A DNA stretch of 64,000 nucleotides, from positions 14,508,001-14,572,000 of the forward strand of contig OX597827.1 in NCBI GenBank assembly GCA_951406725.2, written 5' to 3'. The notes beneath the pieces are model-generated. The model had not been told where the DNA came from. It worked only from the letters and a program-made list of their open reading frames with translations, and did not search any database. The DNA comes from Octopus vulgaris. Its lineage: Eukaryota. Positions 14,165-25,660 of this stretch are shown here, piece by piece (the first letter of the stretch is position 1; every line of letters begins with the position of its first letter). The translations under genes were made by a program, and so were the position numbers.

Positions 14165-14383
14165 CAGTGGTTTTCAACCAGGGTTCCGCGGAACCTTAGG
14201 GTTCTGCCAGTACAGTCCAGGGGTTCCGCAAGAAGTTACAAAAATGCTAAAATCGACAGTAATTTTTAATTCTCCTGTGCAGATATGTGTGCATAAGACA
14301 ATTGAATTATTGCACAGGGGTTCCTCGAGCCAGTGGAACGTTTCCTTGGGGTTCCGCTTCAGCAAAAAGTTTGAAAAGCACTG
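14165..14383. mobile_element. hAT (Buster/Charlie-type) MITE, 219 bp
   Basis: TIRs cagtggttttcaac / tttgaaaagcactg and a perfect 8-bp TSD gtcTAgat (nnnTAnnn pattern). Confidence 0.9.
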
Positions 14384-14972
14384 GTCTAGATATTCTCATG
14401 CATACTTAAATGAGAAACTTCTGGTAAGTTTTACATATTTTTACTGTTACGTATGCATATGCGTATATGTATATGTATATGTGTGTGTATGTGTAAAGGG
14501 AGAGAGAGGGAGAAAGAGACTGAAGTACACCTAAGCTTATACTATCCCAATAAAACAGTATTACAAAAACCTTAGAGTGCCTTCAGTAAATTAGAAGAGG
14601 TACACTAAAGAGAGATGAAAGAGATTAAATCGGTTTATCAGAAACGGACTTAAAGAAAAGAGAAATGTGAGTCGTGACATTTGAAGTGTTACTAAAGTAA
14701 AAGCACTTGCCATGGTGGTGAGAATGGCTCCCGATCATAACGCAATGAGTTCTGTTCCTGATCCGGGCAGTGTGTTGTGTCCACGAGTAAAGTCATTCCT
14801 TTTAGGTTGTTCTAGTTTACTTAGTTATCTCGAGTACCAGCTAGGTTCCGGTGCATCCCTCCTACCCCTCCAGCTCTCATATCCATGGTATATTACTGTA
14901 TCAAGAATGGCGAGAATGAAAGAGTACCTATGCCTGCTCACTACGTATATCCCTACTAGGTAGGAACCTAAA

Positions 14973-15364
14973 GTGGAGGCGCAATGGCCCAGTGGTTAGA
15001 GCAGCGGACTCGCGGTCATAGGATCGCGGTTTCGATTCCCAGACCGGGCGTTGTGAGTGTTTATTGAGCGAAAACACCTAAAAGCTCCACGAGGCTCCGG
15101 CAGGGGATGGTGGTGATCCCTGCTGTACTCTTTCACCACAACTTTCTCTCATTCTTACTTCCTGTTTCTGTTGTACCTGTATTTCAAAGGGCCGGCCTTG
15201 TCACTCTCTGTGTCACGCTGAATATCCCCGAGAACTACGTTGAGGGTGCACGCGTCTGTGGAGTGCTCAGCCACTTACACGTTAATTTCACGAGCAGGCT
15301 GTTCCGTTGATTCGGATCAACCGGAACCCTCATCGTCGTAACCGACGGAGTGCTTCCATCCCAA
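14973..15364 (+). mobile_element. tRNA-derived SINE, head C + tail 1
   Basis: TSD gaacctaaa (14964-14972 / 15365-15373). Confidence 0.9.
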
Positions 15365-16018
15365 GAACCTAAAATAATAAGCAAAATCATGCTGCTTGTT
15401 ACCAAGCCATACACCCTCCGTGAGTGACGGCTGGCTGTAGTGTGTTCTTTTCTTTTACCTTTAATAAAATAATTAATACTATGAATGAAAAAAATTGATT
15501 GCCGTCGGGATCGAAACAGAATTAAGAATACAGCTTGACTTAGTATTGGCGAATGTCCCAAAATTCTAAATTTTCTGCTTTATTTAAGCAAAACCCAATA
15601 ATTACATACATTACACTGTTCCACCTTTAATATGTTTTCAAGTCACGTGGTGCTTTTAATTAATTGCCAACGGCCGTGAGTCATATAGACGTGCGAGTGA
15701 ACAAACAAAAGTAATTCTCAACACATTTGGCTTGAGTTACATGTATTTAATGGTAGTTTTAACTCAGCTCTGTGTTACTTAGAGTTTCGTGGGAGTGGGA
15801 CATGTCCACATCATCAGATGTTCAGAGACAGAATTTATCTCCAAATATCTGATGAGGTACACGTTTCCTACGCCCATAAACCTTATTCTTTGTAAGCCTA
15901 GTACTTATTCTATCGGTTTCTTTTGCCGAACTGCTATGTTACAGGGACGCAACACACCGACATCGGTTGTCGTGCAATGGTGGGTGGACAGACACAGACA
16001 CACAAATACATGCATACA

Positions 16019-16069
<51 letters not shown>

Positions 16070-16540
16070 GTTATATGTATATATTTATAAAGGATCGTGA
16101 GTAAGGCCAGAACAATGCGAGGTAAATGCACTGTGAATTCCCGTGTCTAGCATCTACGGAAATGCCAGACCCTGGAATTCACAGTGCACACCAGGGCAAC
16201 ACAGCGGATCAGGGGCAACCTTAGAATCTCATACACCACAGGAAACCAAATATCAACAACATAAGAGAATTACAGGAAGCTAGCTGGCTGCTGTAGCAAT
16301 ACCTTTCCGTGCATGTCCACTCCACACACGCACATCGGCAACATTCGTTAATTTCTTGAAAATGGGGTTAAAGCCCCGAAATATTGAATGCAAGGTAAGT
16401 CTGCATTAATTCATACATTTGTCTTCTTGTGATTTGCCTTCCATTTACTTCGCATTGTTTTGGCTTTACCCACGATCCTTTATACAATATATTCTACACA
16501 ATGTTTCATAGTAATTATTCCATTATATATATATATATAA

Positions 16541-16932
16541 TGGAGTGGCTGTGTAGCTTGCTAACCAACCACATGGTTCCGGGTTCAGTCCCACTGCGTG
16601 GCATCTTGGGCAAGTGTCTTCTGCTATAGCCCCGGGTTTACCAATGCCTTGTGAGAGGATTTGGTAGACGGAAACTGAAAGAAGCCTGTCGTATATATGT
16701 ATATATATATATATGTATGTGTGTTTGTTTGTGTGTCTGTGTTTGTCCCCCTAGCATTGCTTCACAACCGACGCTGGTGTGTTTATGTCCCCGTTACTTA
16801 GCGGTTCGGAAAAAGAGACCGATAGAATAAGTACTGGGCTTACAAAAAGAATAAGTCCCGGGGTCGAGTTGCTCAATTAAAGGCAGTGCTGCAGCTTGGC
16901 CGCAGTCAAATGACTGAAACAAGTAAAAGAGT
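16541..16932 (+). mobile_element. SINE family A
   Basis: Near full-length homology to family A. Confidence 0.9.
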
Positions 16933-17255
16933 GTATATATATATAGGGAGAATTCACAAAACAACAAAAGTTGAAGACAGATGGTGTAGACAACAAACAG
17001 ATGTATTAGTTTAACGATAATTTAAGACTCAACAACAACAGCATTCGTCAACGTATATAATTGAGATACATAATCTTAAAATCTCGAACATCATCTTAGA
17101 TTTGCTCAGTAACGTAGCGAGTGGATTGTAGTAGTGGTCCTCCCCGGTGACCCTTTTATGGAGGCGGCTCTTTTGGATCAACTGTATAAGCCTGTAAAGG
17201 TTCAGGGACACTTGGAGGGAGGCAAACTCAAAAGCTGTCCCAGACGACACACACT

Positions 17256-17560
17256 TTTGTTGTTGTTTGTTCCTTCTCGAGCCATGCCTGGCTCATAAGG
17301 GCCGGTTTCCCGGTTTCTTGGCGTATAGGTTCCCCACCTGGACGGGACGCCGGTCCGTCGCAGGTGAGCTGCAAGATGCAGGAGGAAAGAGTGAAAGTTG
17401 TGGCGAAAGAGTCAGCAGAAGTTCACCATTACCTTCTGCCGGGCCGCGTGGAGCTTAGGTGTTTCGCTTATAAACACACACATCGTCCGGTCTGAGATTC
17501 GAACCCGTGATCCATTGACTGCGAGTCCGCTGCTCTAACCACTAGGCCATGTGCCTCCAC
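17256..17560 (-). mobile_element. tRNA-derived SINE, head C + tail 2
   Basis: 14-bp TSD agacgacacacact (17242-17255 / 17561-17574). Homologous to the 4194 copy. Confidence 0.9.
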
Positions 17561-17686
17561 AGACGACACACACTGTAGCTATGCCATTGATTTTATCAGT
17601 TGTTAATCTCAAAGAAACATGTAATAAAATTAAAAGCTGGTAAATATTTTAAACAAGTTTTGGTAAAGGTAATTTTGGTTGGAGAG

Positions 17687-17695
17687 ACTTACCTG
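17687..17695 (-). promoter_or_regulatory. Splice donor ending the protocadherin exon
   Basis: CAG|GTAAGT consensus, in phase 0 after ...PMTRQ. Confidence 0.8.
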
Positions 17696-20071
17696 CCGTG
17701 TCATTGGGAGACTTCGTGATGCGGCTGAAATTTTCCATTCTTGCTGCAAATCTTCTTGATTCCCCATTCTCAATGACTGAGTATTTCTGTTTTTAATTTC
17801 ATCGGGATTGCCCGTCGAGAAAACGGGATTGTTGGTTTGATAAATCAATAAGTTCTTTTCTTTACCTGATTGATCACATTGGCTAATCTCAGTTCTATGT
17901 TGAGGACTTCGGCTGTTATTGCATCTGACGATGCAAATGGTTATAGACACAACGACGACAGCGGACACAATGACGGCACCTGCAACAATGACGATGACAA
18001 GATTCATATCTATCATCTCGTCTGAATATATGTCGACGGTCGTCAACATTTTTGCTGTTTTGTTGCTGACGGTCAGTACTAAAGATAAAGTGGTCATTGC
18101 TGATAAAACCGGCGTGCCACTGTCCTGAACAACTAAGTCTAAATTATATGACCCTGCATCATTTTGATAAACAGTTCGAGAGAAAAATAAAACTCCTGTA
18201 TAAGGGTTCACAGCAAACAGTTGTTTGTTGTTACCCCCTATTATTTCATATCTCAGAAAAGCGTTTACATGACTGTCTCTGTCAGATGCCCTCAGAACTG
18301 CTATTTCATTTTTTCGATGTGGTTGATAGTGGACATCTAGACTAAAAGGATTAACACTAGGGAAAGTAAAATAGGGAACGTTGTCATTCTCATCCATAAC
18401 TTCAACAATAACATTTGCTGTATTGTTTAAAGAAGGATTTCCATTGTCTTTTACTAACACCTTAAATTGATATGTATCCTTTTGTTCATGATCCAAGGAA
18501 TTTGTTGTGGAAATAAATCCATAATCAGTGATTTCAAAGGGTATAGAATATTCGTTGTTACTTAACAAAAAATAAGTAAGTTCACCCCCGGAGCCCTGAT
18601 CAGCATCAGTTGCATTAACAAAGCCGATTGGAAACTTATGGTCCTCATTTTCATATGTCAGAAATTTGAAAGTGTCTTTTGTAAATTGTGGTTGTACATC
18701 GTTGACATCCATCACTTGGATGGAAAAATTTCGTTCTCTCCTCAGAGACGGTGATCCTTTGTCTTGACAGCTGAGACTAATATCATAAAATTCTTTCGTT
18801 TCTCTGTCAACTTGCTTTTTCATTATTATTTTATATTCGTTAGAACCTAAATTTAACAGCTGAAATTTCTCGTGCTCTAGGTTACAATCAACTTCTCCAT
18901 TCATTCCGATATCGTTGTCAATAACACTAACATATGCAATAAAACTGCCAACCTTAGTTCCCTCCGAGATACTAGCAGTATCTTTTGATAATTCAGAAAC
19001 GAAATTTACGTCTATTTCTGGTGCATTATTCTGTTGATTAATTACATTCACGAGCACCATGGCTGTGGAACTTAAGGGTGGGTTTCCACCATCTCTGGCT
19101 TCAACGAACAGCTTATATTTCTGTTTCTGTCTAAAAGTAATTTTCTTCTGTACGAAAATTTCACCAGTTTCACTGTTGAGTTGGAAATATATTTTGGCTG
19201 TGTCCGATGTTTCGGAGCTGAAATGATATGAGACTCGACTATTTTCGCCAGAGTCTAAATCTTTCGCAGACAAAATAATAATTGGTCGCGTTTTTGGGTG
19301 AAAATTTCTTATTGAAATATTATAAATATTTTGCGTGAAAACTGGAGCGTTGTCATTAATGTCAGTTACAGATATGTGAATATTTAATCTTCCTTCTCGA
19401 GGCAGTATACCGCCATCTTTTGCAATAACTTGGAGCATATAACTATCTTTCAGTTCTCTGTCTAATTTCTTTTCCAAAATTATATTTAATTTTGAAGTAC
19501 CAATAACTCGTTTTGTTACGGACAATGTAAAAGGCTCATCAAACTTTTTTTTCAATAGATATGTTATTGAAGAACTCAATAAACCAACGTCTTTATCTAC
19601 TGCATTAGGTATAGATTTCATGGTTCCTTTGCCATCAGTTTCGTCAAACTGAATGTTAACTTGTTTTACGGGAAATTCAGGCTGATGATCATTAATATCT
19701 TCTATGATTACCTTGATTTTAAGTATTTTCATAAACGCTTCAGCTTTGCGGACAGCTATTTTGATAATCTTAAAGCATTCCGTGTTGTAAAAACAGAGCG
19801 ATTCAGCATCCAAAGTCTGAGCAGTAAAAAGTTTTCCTGTCTTAGTGACGTTAAATAGTTGTGAGCTGCTAGTTTGTCTCTGTCGTAACCGGTTGTATGT
19901 GATTAAACTTGGATCTTTAAGATGTTCTAATATATGGGAATCAGAGGCTATATCGCCCACATAGCTGCCAGGGCCTCTGTTTTCTTTGACATGATAGATG
20001 AGATCTATACAAAAACTTAAACGAAGAAATATCAGGTGGAGCAAGATCACTAATGACAGTAACCAATTCAT
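17693..20071 (-). CDS. Protocadherin (cephalopod expanded family), large coding exon of 793 codons: signal peptide, 6 EC repeats, TM, proximal cytoplasmic tail
   Basis: 813-aa ORF 17630..20071 with a hydrophobic N-terminus. Cadherin linker motifs DINDHQP, DINDNAP, NQQNNAP, DVNDVQP and DENDNVP are present, along with DRE/DHE, DxD and xDxGxP motifs and a TM segment (LVIVIVAGAVIVSAVVVVSITICIV). A strong phase-0 donor CAG|GTAAGT follows 17693, so the last 20 ORF codons are probably intronic. Downstream exons were not identified. Confidence 0.95.
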
Positions 20072-20112
20072 TACGGCAGCTGTTCATTGATGTCACTTAG
20101 AGAGTACAGCGT

Positions 20113-20135
20113 CTGCAAAGGAGAAAAGAAATGAG
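20113..20135 (-). promoter_or_regulatory. Splice acceptor of the protocadherin coding exon (implies an upstream non-coding exon)
   Basis: Minus strand reads catttcttttctcctttgcAG|acgctg. The exon starts at 20112, 41 nt before the ATG. Confidence 0.75.
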
Positions 20136-20450
20136 ATGATTAGTAGTGAACAACAGTTATAAAAAGTTAAAATTTACAATTACACTGTAAGTTGACCAAA
20201 ATTGATGGTATGATAGAAGAAGGCTTGCTCTTCCTTCCGTAGAAGAAAAAATTCAAATCGGACCATGTTAACATCAAAACTCGATTTTTGCGCTTCTTAT
20301 TTCCTATTTGCATACTCCTAGAAGGTATGAAAAATGGCTAATATTTCATTCAAACTTGGCTTTTGTTACATACATTCAAACCCCAGAGAATCCTTTTCCC
20401 ACTACACCTGCTCGGGATCAGAGGCGCTCATATTGTTAGTCACATTGTTA

Positions 20451-20682
20451 AGGTGGCGAGCTGGCAGAACCCTTAGCACGCCGGGCGAAATGCGTAGCCG
20501 TATTTCGTCTGCCGTTACGTTCTGAGTTCAAATTCCGCCGAGGTCGACTTTGCCTTTCATCCTTTCGGGGTCGATAAATTAAGTACCAGTTACGCACTGG
20601 GGTCAATATAATCGACTTAATCCGTTTGTCTGTCCTTGTTTGTCCCCTCTGTGTTTAGCCCCTTGTGGGTAGTAAAGAAATA
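20451..20682 (+). mobile_element. SINE family B inserted in an older repeat
   Basis: 16-bp TSD catattgttagtcaca (20429-20444 / 20683-20698). Confidence 0.9.
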
Positions 20683-20762
20683 CATATTGTTAGTCACAAG
20701 GGGACCTGCTCAAATTGCTGAGGTCAAACAACTGACAAGCAAATCTGTGGTGTTGAGCAGGA

Positions 20763-21153
20763 TCTCTCTTATATAAAGCTGAATTGTCTGTGTATGGCAG
20801 GTTTAGTAGCCTTCAACTAACACTATCTCCTCCGAGACCCTGTGGCGCAAGTTGACCAAAATTGAGGGTATGATAGAAGAAGGCTTGCTCTTCCTTCCGT
20901 AGAAGAAAAAATTCAAATCGGACAATGTTAACACCAAAAATTATTTACATCAAAAAGGTGCCTTTTTTCTATGAAAATACCTATTTTTTTACGACGTTTT
21001 GACTGCTGTGTCGCCATTTTTCGGTGTATTTCAACCAGAAAAATGTTCACTTAAAGAGAATAACAAGCTATATATTGCAAAATTTTTACTTTTCAAAAAT
21101 TCCAATTCTAAAGGGTCGAAACAAACCCGAGCAACGCCGGGCGATACTGCTAG
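20763..21153 (+). mobile_element. Non-autonomous Helitron
   Basis: 5' TC, 3' hairpin cccgagcaacgccggg followed by CTAG. Inserted between A and T with no TSD, and the host repeat is continuous across it. Confidence 0.85.
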
Positions 21154-21519
21154 TAGTTGCTATAATGATATTTCCAGCTTCAGTAACACAGTGGTGAAGC
21201 TGTCTGAAATGTAATGGAAAATATGGAATATGAAGGGAATAGTAGTCGTTTCCTTTGATTTCTAGATAGAAGCAAATAGGAAATAACATTCATTGGCCAA
21301 AGAAAAAAGAGTTAAAATTTTGTTCCACAGTTATGAAGCATTGGATTCGAGCTTGTTATGAATAATATTTCGACATTATAGTTGTAGGCATGGCTGCCTG
21401 CTTAAGAAATTCAATTTTGCGACCAACCATATGGTTTCACGTTCAGTCTTCCGACAGCGCAGTAGCCTATCATACACACACACACGTAGATAGATATATA
21501 TTGTGTGTGTGTATTCTTT

Positions 21520-21522
<3 letters not shown>

Positions 21523-21550
<28 letters not shown>

Positions 21551-21608
21551 AAGAAGAAGAAGAAGAAGAAGAAGAAGAAAGAAGAAGAAGACGAAGAAGA
21601 AGAAGAAG
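21523..21608. repeat. (AAG)n microsatellite
   Basis: Directly visible. Confidence 0.95.
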
Positions 21609-21939
21609 TTAATTCTTCAGAGTATGACTCTCTAAAATACTAGATAATATAATGCTTTGAGTACCTTGCTACTAGAATTAAGCTCCCAGCAAAACAAGGA
21701 AGAACAAGAAAAAATGGCGCCGTTTTTTCCCCAAGACGGAATAGTTTCGCTGCACTTTATTCTTTTATTTTTTTTACTTGTTCCTGTCATCAGACGGCGG
21801 CCATGCCAAGCAACACTTTGAAGGACTTTTAGTCGAATGAATCAACCCTAGTCCGTTTTTTTTTGTTTGTTTGACACTTATTTCATCGTTTTTTTTTGTT
21901 TTTTGACACTTATTTCATCGTTTAATTCTTGGGGGAACC

Positions 21940-22267
21940 AAGAAGGCGCGTGGCTTAGTGGTTAGGGGCATTCGGCTTACGATTGTAAGGTCGGGAGTTC
22001 AATTCCCGGCGACGCATTGTGTCCTTGAGCAAGACACTATATTTCACGTTGCTCCAGTCCACTCAGCTGGCAAAGATGAGTTGTATCTGTATTTCAAAGG
22101 GCCAGCCTTGTCACAATCTGTGTCATGCAGAATTTCCCCAAGAACTACGTTAGGGGTACACGTGTCTGTGGATTGCTCAGCCACTTAGGTATTAATTTCA
22201 CGAGCTGACTGTTCCATTGATCGTATAAGCTGGGACCCTCGTCGTCGTAACCGACGGAGTGCTCCTA
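21940..22267 (+). mobile_element. tRNA-derived SINE, head E + tail 1, inside a decayed family A copy
   Basis: 13-bp TSD tcttgggggaacc (21927-21939 / 22268-22280). Confidence 0.85.
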
Positions 22268-22513
22268 TCTTGGGGGAACCTCTAAGTTACGGGGATGTAA
22301 TCACACCACAGCAATTATTAAACGATAGTGTCATTCGTGAAAGGTTTTGGTAGGCCCAGTCACACTGGTTTACTGCATTTCCCGCAGTGATATTTATAAG
22401 AACATATCTTTAATTGTGCGTAGAACAAATAGCGGGGGGAAGGGCGGAAAGGACTGGGTTTTTTTTCGATTTTCTCACTGCTATTTTCATCTTTCGCCGA
22501 TACAAACACGCGC

Positions 22514-22564
<51 letters not shown>

Positions 22565-22747
22565 CACGCATACATGCACACTCAGCTCACACGCATATAA
22601 TGTACATGTATACATATAAAGAGAAGGATACATAAATTCTGTGTGTGTGTGTGTGTGTGTATGTGTGTGTTTGCGCACACATAACTGTGTACATAAGTCT
22701 CTCTTTCTCGCTCTCTTTCCCTCCACACACACATACACAACCTACAT

Positions 22748-22778
<31 letters not shown>

Positions 22779-23158
22779 GGCGCAGGAGTGGCTGTGTGGT
22801 AGGTAGCTTGCTTACCAACCACATGGTTCTGGGTTCAGTCCCACTGCGTGGCATCTTGGGCAAGTGTCTTCTGCTATAGCCCCGGGCCGACCAATGCCTT
22901 GTGAGTGGATTTGGTAGACGGAAACTGAAAGAAGCCTGTCGTATATATATGTATGTGTGTGTATATGTTTGTGTGTCTGTGTTTGTCCCCCTAGCATTGC
23001 TTGACAACCGATGCTGGTGTGTTTATATGTCCCCGTAACTTAGCGGTTCGGCAAAAGAGACCGATAGAATAAGTACTGGGCTTACAAAGAATAAGTGCTC
23101 CAGCATGGACGCAGTCAAATGACTGAAACAAGTAAAAGAGAGTAAAGAGAAAAGAGAG
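22779..23158 (+). mobile_element. SINE family A (small internal deletion)
   Basis: Homology to family A; lacks the cccggggtcga segment. Confidence 0.9.
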
Positions 23159-23836
23159 AATATATATAAATATATATATTTACACACACACACACACAAA
23201 CACACACACAGATACACACGCAACATATCTATCAATGGATGTATGTGTATATATACATACACACGCACACATATATATACATGGGGTGAGTGAGAGCCGT
23301 GTCAATGTTTACTAGTGTAAAATCTGGTATTGTATCAAACAGACTGTAATAAGTTCTGGGGTCAAGTCCAGCCCCTTGAAGATGGTGTCCCAGCATGGAT
23401 ACAGTCCAATGGTCGAAACAAATAATAATAAAAAAAATACATACACACAGACACACATTTAAAACATAACACTTAATCATTATAAAAACAATGACCCCGT
23501 CAAATATGACTGATAAATTTAAATTGAGTTGGTCTCTTGGTTAACATAATCAATCATATTCTCTTACAATCTTTTGTAATTTCTCCCGCCATTCTGATAA
23601 CAGCTCCTCTGCCTCACACTTCCCTCTTAACTCCATTTCCCCCCCCCTCTCTCTCCATCTTCTCTCCCCCCATCTCCCTTTCTTCTGTCTTGCCCCCCCT
23701 CTCTCTTTCAGGCCTATCCGGGCAGCAGCGTACAGTGACTCTCAATGTCTGACGCTTGTATCTTAAACGTTTAAGTTCGTAATACTAGGATATATATATA
23801 TTTAGGTTTCTGCTTAGTTCAAATAGTTCTGTGTTC

Positions 23837-24612
23837 GGATCTTTTCGGTTTGAACGGCACTTTGTAACGTAATTTCTAGATAACTAAAAAAAGTTTTACA
23901 CTTCGTATACTGGTAGAATGTGTTTATAAAACATTATTTTCTCTTGGCTTTATTGAGAAAATTCTATAGGTTGTAAGATATTTCGTCTTTAATTTCGAGC
24001 ATTTCGGCAATTTTAACCAATCGCTGACGTCCATTTAGGTAAATAACATTCTGTGCATAATGAACATGTCCCTCCTTTAAGAAACAGATTGGGTTTATTT
24101 ACATTTGTGAAGAAAAAGATACCCTTCCCCCACCCCTAACCCTAACTGTAACCCTAAATCTAAAATAGATTGAAAAGCAATAGATCGATACTAGGGTTAT
24201 AATTATGGGTGACAAATCTATTTTAGATTTAGGGTTACAGTTAGGGTTAGTTAGGGTTAAGGTTAGGGGTTGGGGAAGGGTATCTTTTTTTCTTCACAAA
24301 TGTAAATAAACCCAATCTGTTTCTTAAAGGAGGGACATATTCATTATGCACAGAATGTTATTTACGTAAATGGACGTCAGCTATTGGTTAAAATTGCCGA
24401 AATGCTCGAAATTAAAGACGAAATATCTTACAAACTATAGAATTTTTTCAATAAAGCCAAGAAAAAAATGATGTTTTATAAATACATTCCACCAGTATAC
24501 GAAGTTTAAAACTTTTTAGTTACCTAGAAATTATGTTACAAAGTGCCGTTCAAAAGGAAAAGATCGATACTATGGTTATAATTATGGGTGACAATTACAT
24601 ACGACACCGCTA
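23837..24612. mobile_element. Fold-back (palindromic) MITE F variant
   Basis: Inverted arms of about 335-350 bp (23837-24171 / 24215-24566), after which the MITE 3' part resumes. Confidence 0.85.
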
Positions 24613-24628
24613 CGGAGAATGGGATTAT

Positions 24629-24990
24629 TTTCTAGCGGTATCAAATGAAAATGTCACCCATAATTATGACCCTAGTATCGATCTATTGCATTTCAATCTG
24701 TTTTAGGGTTAGGGGTGGGGGGAAGGGTATCTTTTTTTTCTTCACAAATGTAAATAAACCCAATCTGTTTCTTAAACGAGGGACATATTCATACGGCACA
24801 GAATGTTGTTTACCTCAATGGACGTCATTGATTGGTTGAAATTGCAGAAATTGAAGAAAAGCAATGACAAATATCTTACAAACTATAGAATTTTCTCAAT
24901 AAAGCCAAGAGAAAACGATGTTTTATAAACACATTCTACCAGCTACCTAGAAATTATTTTTAAAAACTGCCGTTCAAACCGAAAAGATCC
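24629..24990. mobile_element. MITE family F lacking one TIR
   Basis: Homology to the 3436 and 43673 copies; ends ccgaaaagatcc. Confidence 0.85.
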
Positions 24991-25522
24991 TAGATATGTT
25001 TGCTACTGTTGATTGTAAAACTTTGAAATATTTTAGACGATGTTCATAATTTGATATTTTAAGACTATAACTATGTTAGGTTTGGAATATTTGGAGACTT
25101 CATCAACACTTTGCACCACCTTGTCGAGAATATATCTTCAAAATCTACAATTATATAAAACTAAACGACACTTCAATAATATTTTGTCGATTATTTAAAC
25201 TTTGTACATCGTTCATGTCAAAAGACATAATTTTTAACAATATTGACTTTCTTACATAGCCTTCGACGTTTTTCTATCCAATATGGTGTTTTCAACTTAA
25301 TATTTACATGCTATTATTAATAGCTTTATGTGCTTCAAGATCCACTGTACCAAACAAAAAATAAATAATAAATAAATAAAGAACTGTTCTCTCGAAAGTT
25401 TATAAAATTCTTATGATGCCGATAATGAACGTATATGGTGTAATGTTGCAAACAGCTGTTTACATACATGCATGCATACATACATACATTACATACATAC
25501 ATACATTACATACATACATACA

Positions 25523-25585
<63 letters not shown>

Positions 25586-25624
25586 CATACATACATACAT
25601 ACATACAACAGGAATAGTAAAAGT

Positions 25625-25660
25625 CTTTTACGTTTCGAGCCTACGCTCTTCTACAGAAAG
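25625..25660 (-). ncRNA. Minimal hammerhead-like motif (core variant)
   Basis: Minus strand reads cttt-CTGTAGA-a-gagc(gtag)gctc-GAAA-cg-TA-aaag. Confidence 0.45.

Noticed and set aside
14973-15050. tRNA-like sequences (also at 21943, 42310 and 50370)
   Set aside because: These are SINE heads or decayed heads without a complete cloverleaf.
15770-15822. Minus-strand CTGATGA...GAAA hammerhead-like string
   Set aside because: Stem I cannot form.
17029-17240. Possible second protocadherin exon (acceptor-like ctttacAG giving AYTVDPKEPPP*)
   Set aside because: It overlaps a cagtaacgtagc..ccccggtgac hAT-MITE-like remnant, has a weak polypyrimidine tract, and cannot be supported without RNA data.
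24228-24280. TTAGGG repeats as a telomere or fusion relic
   Set aside because: They are an internal part of MITE family F.
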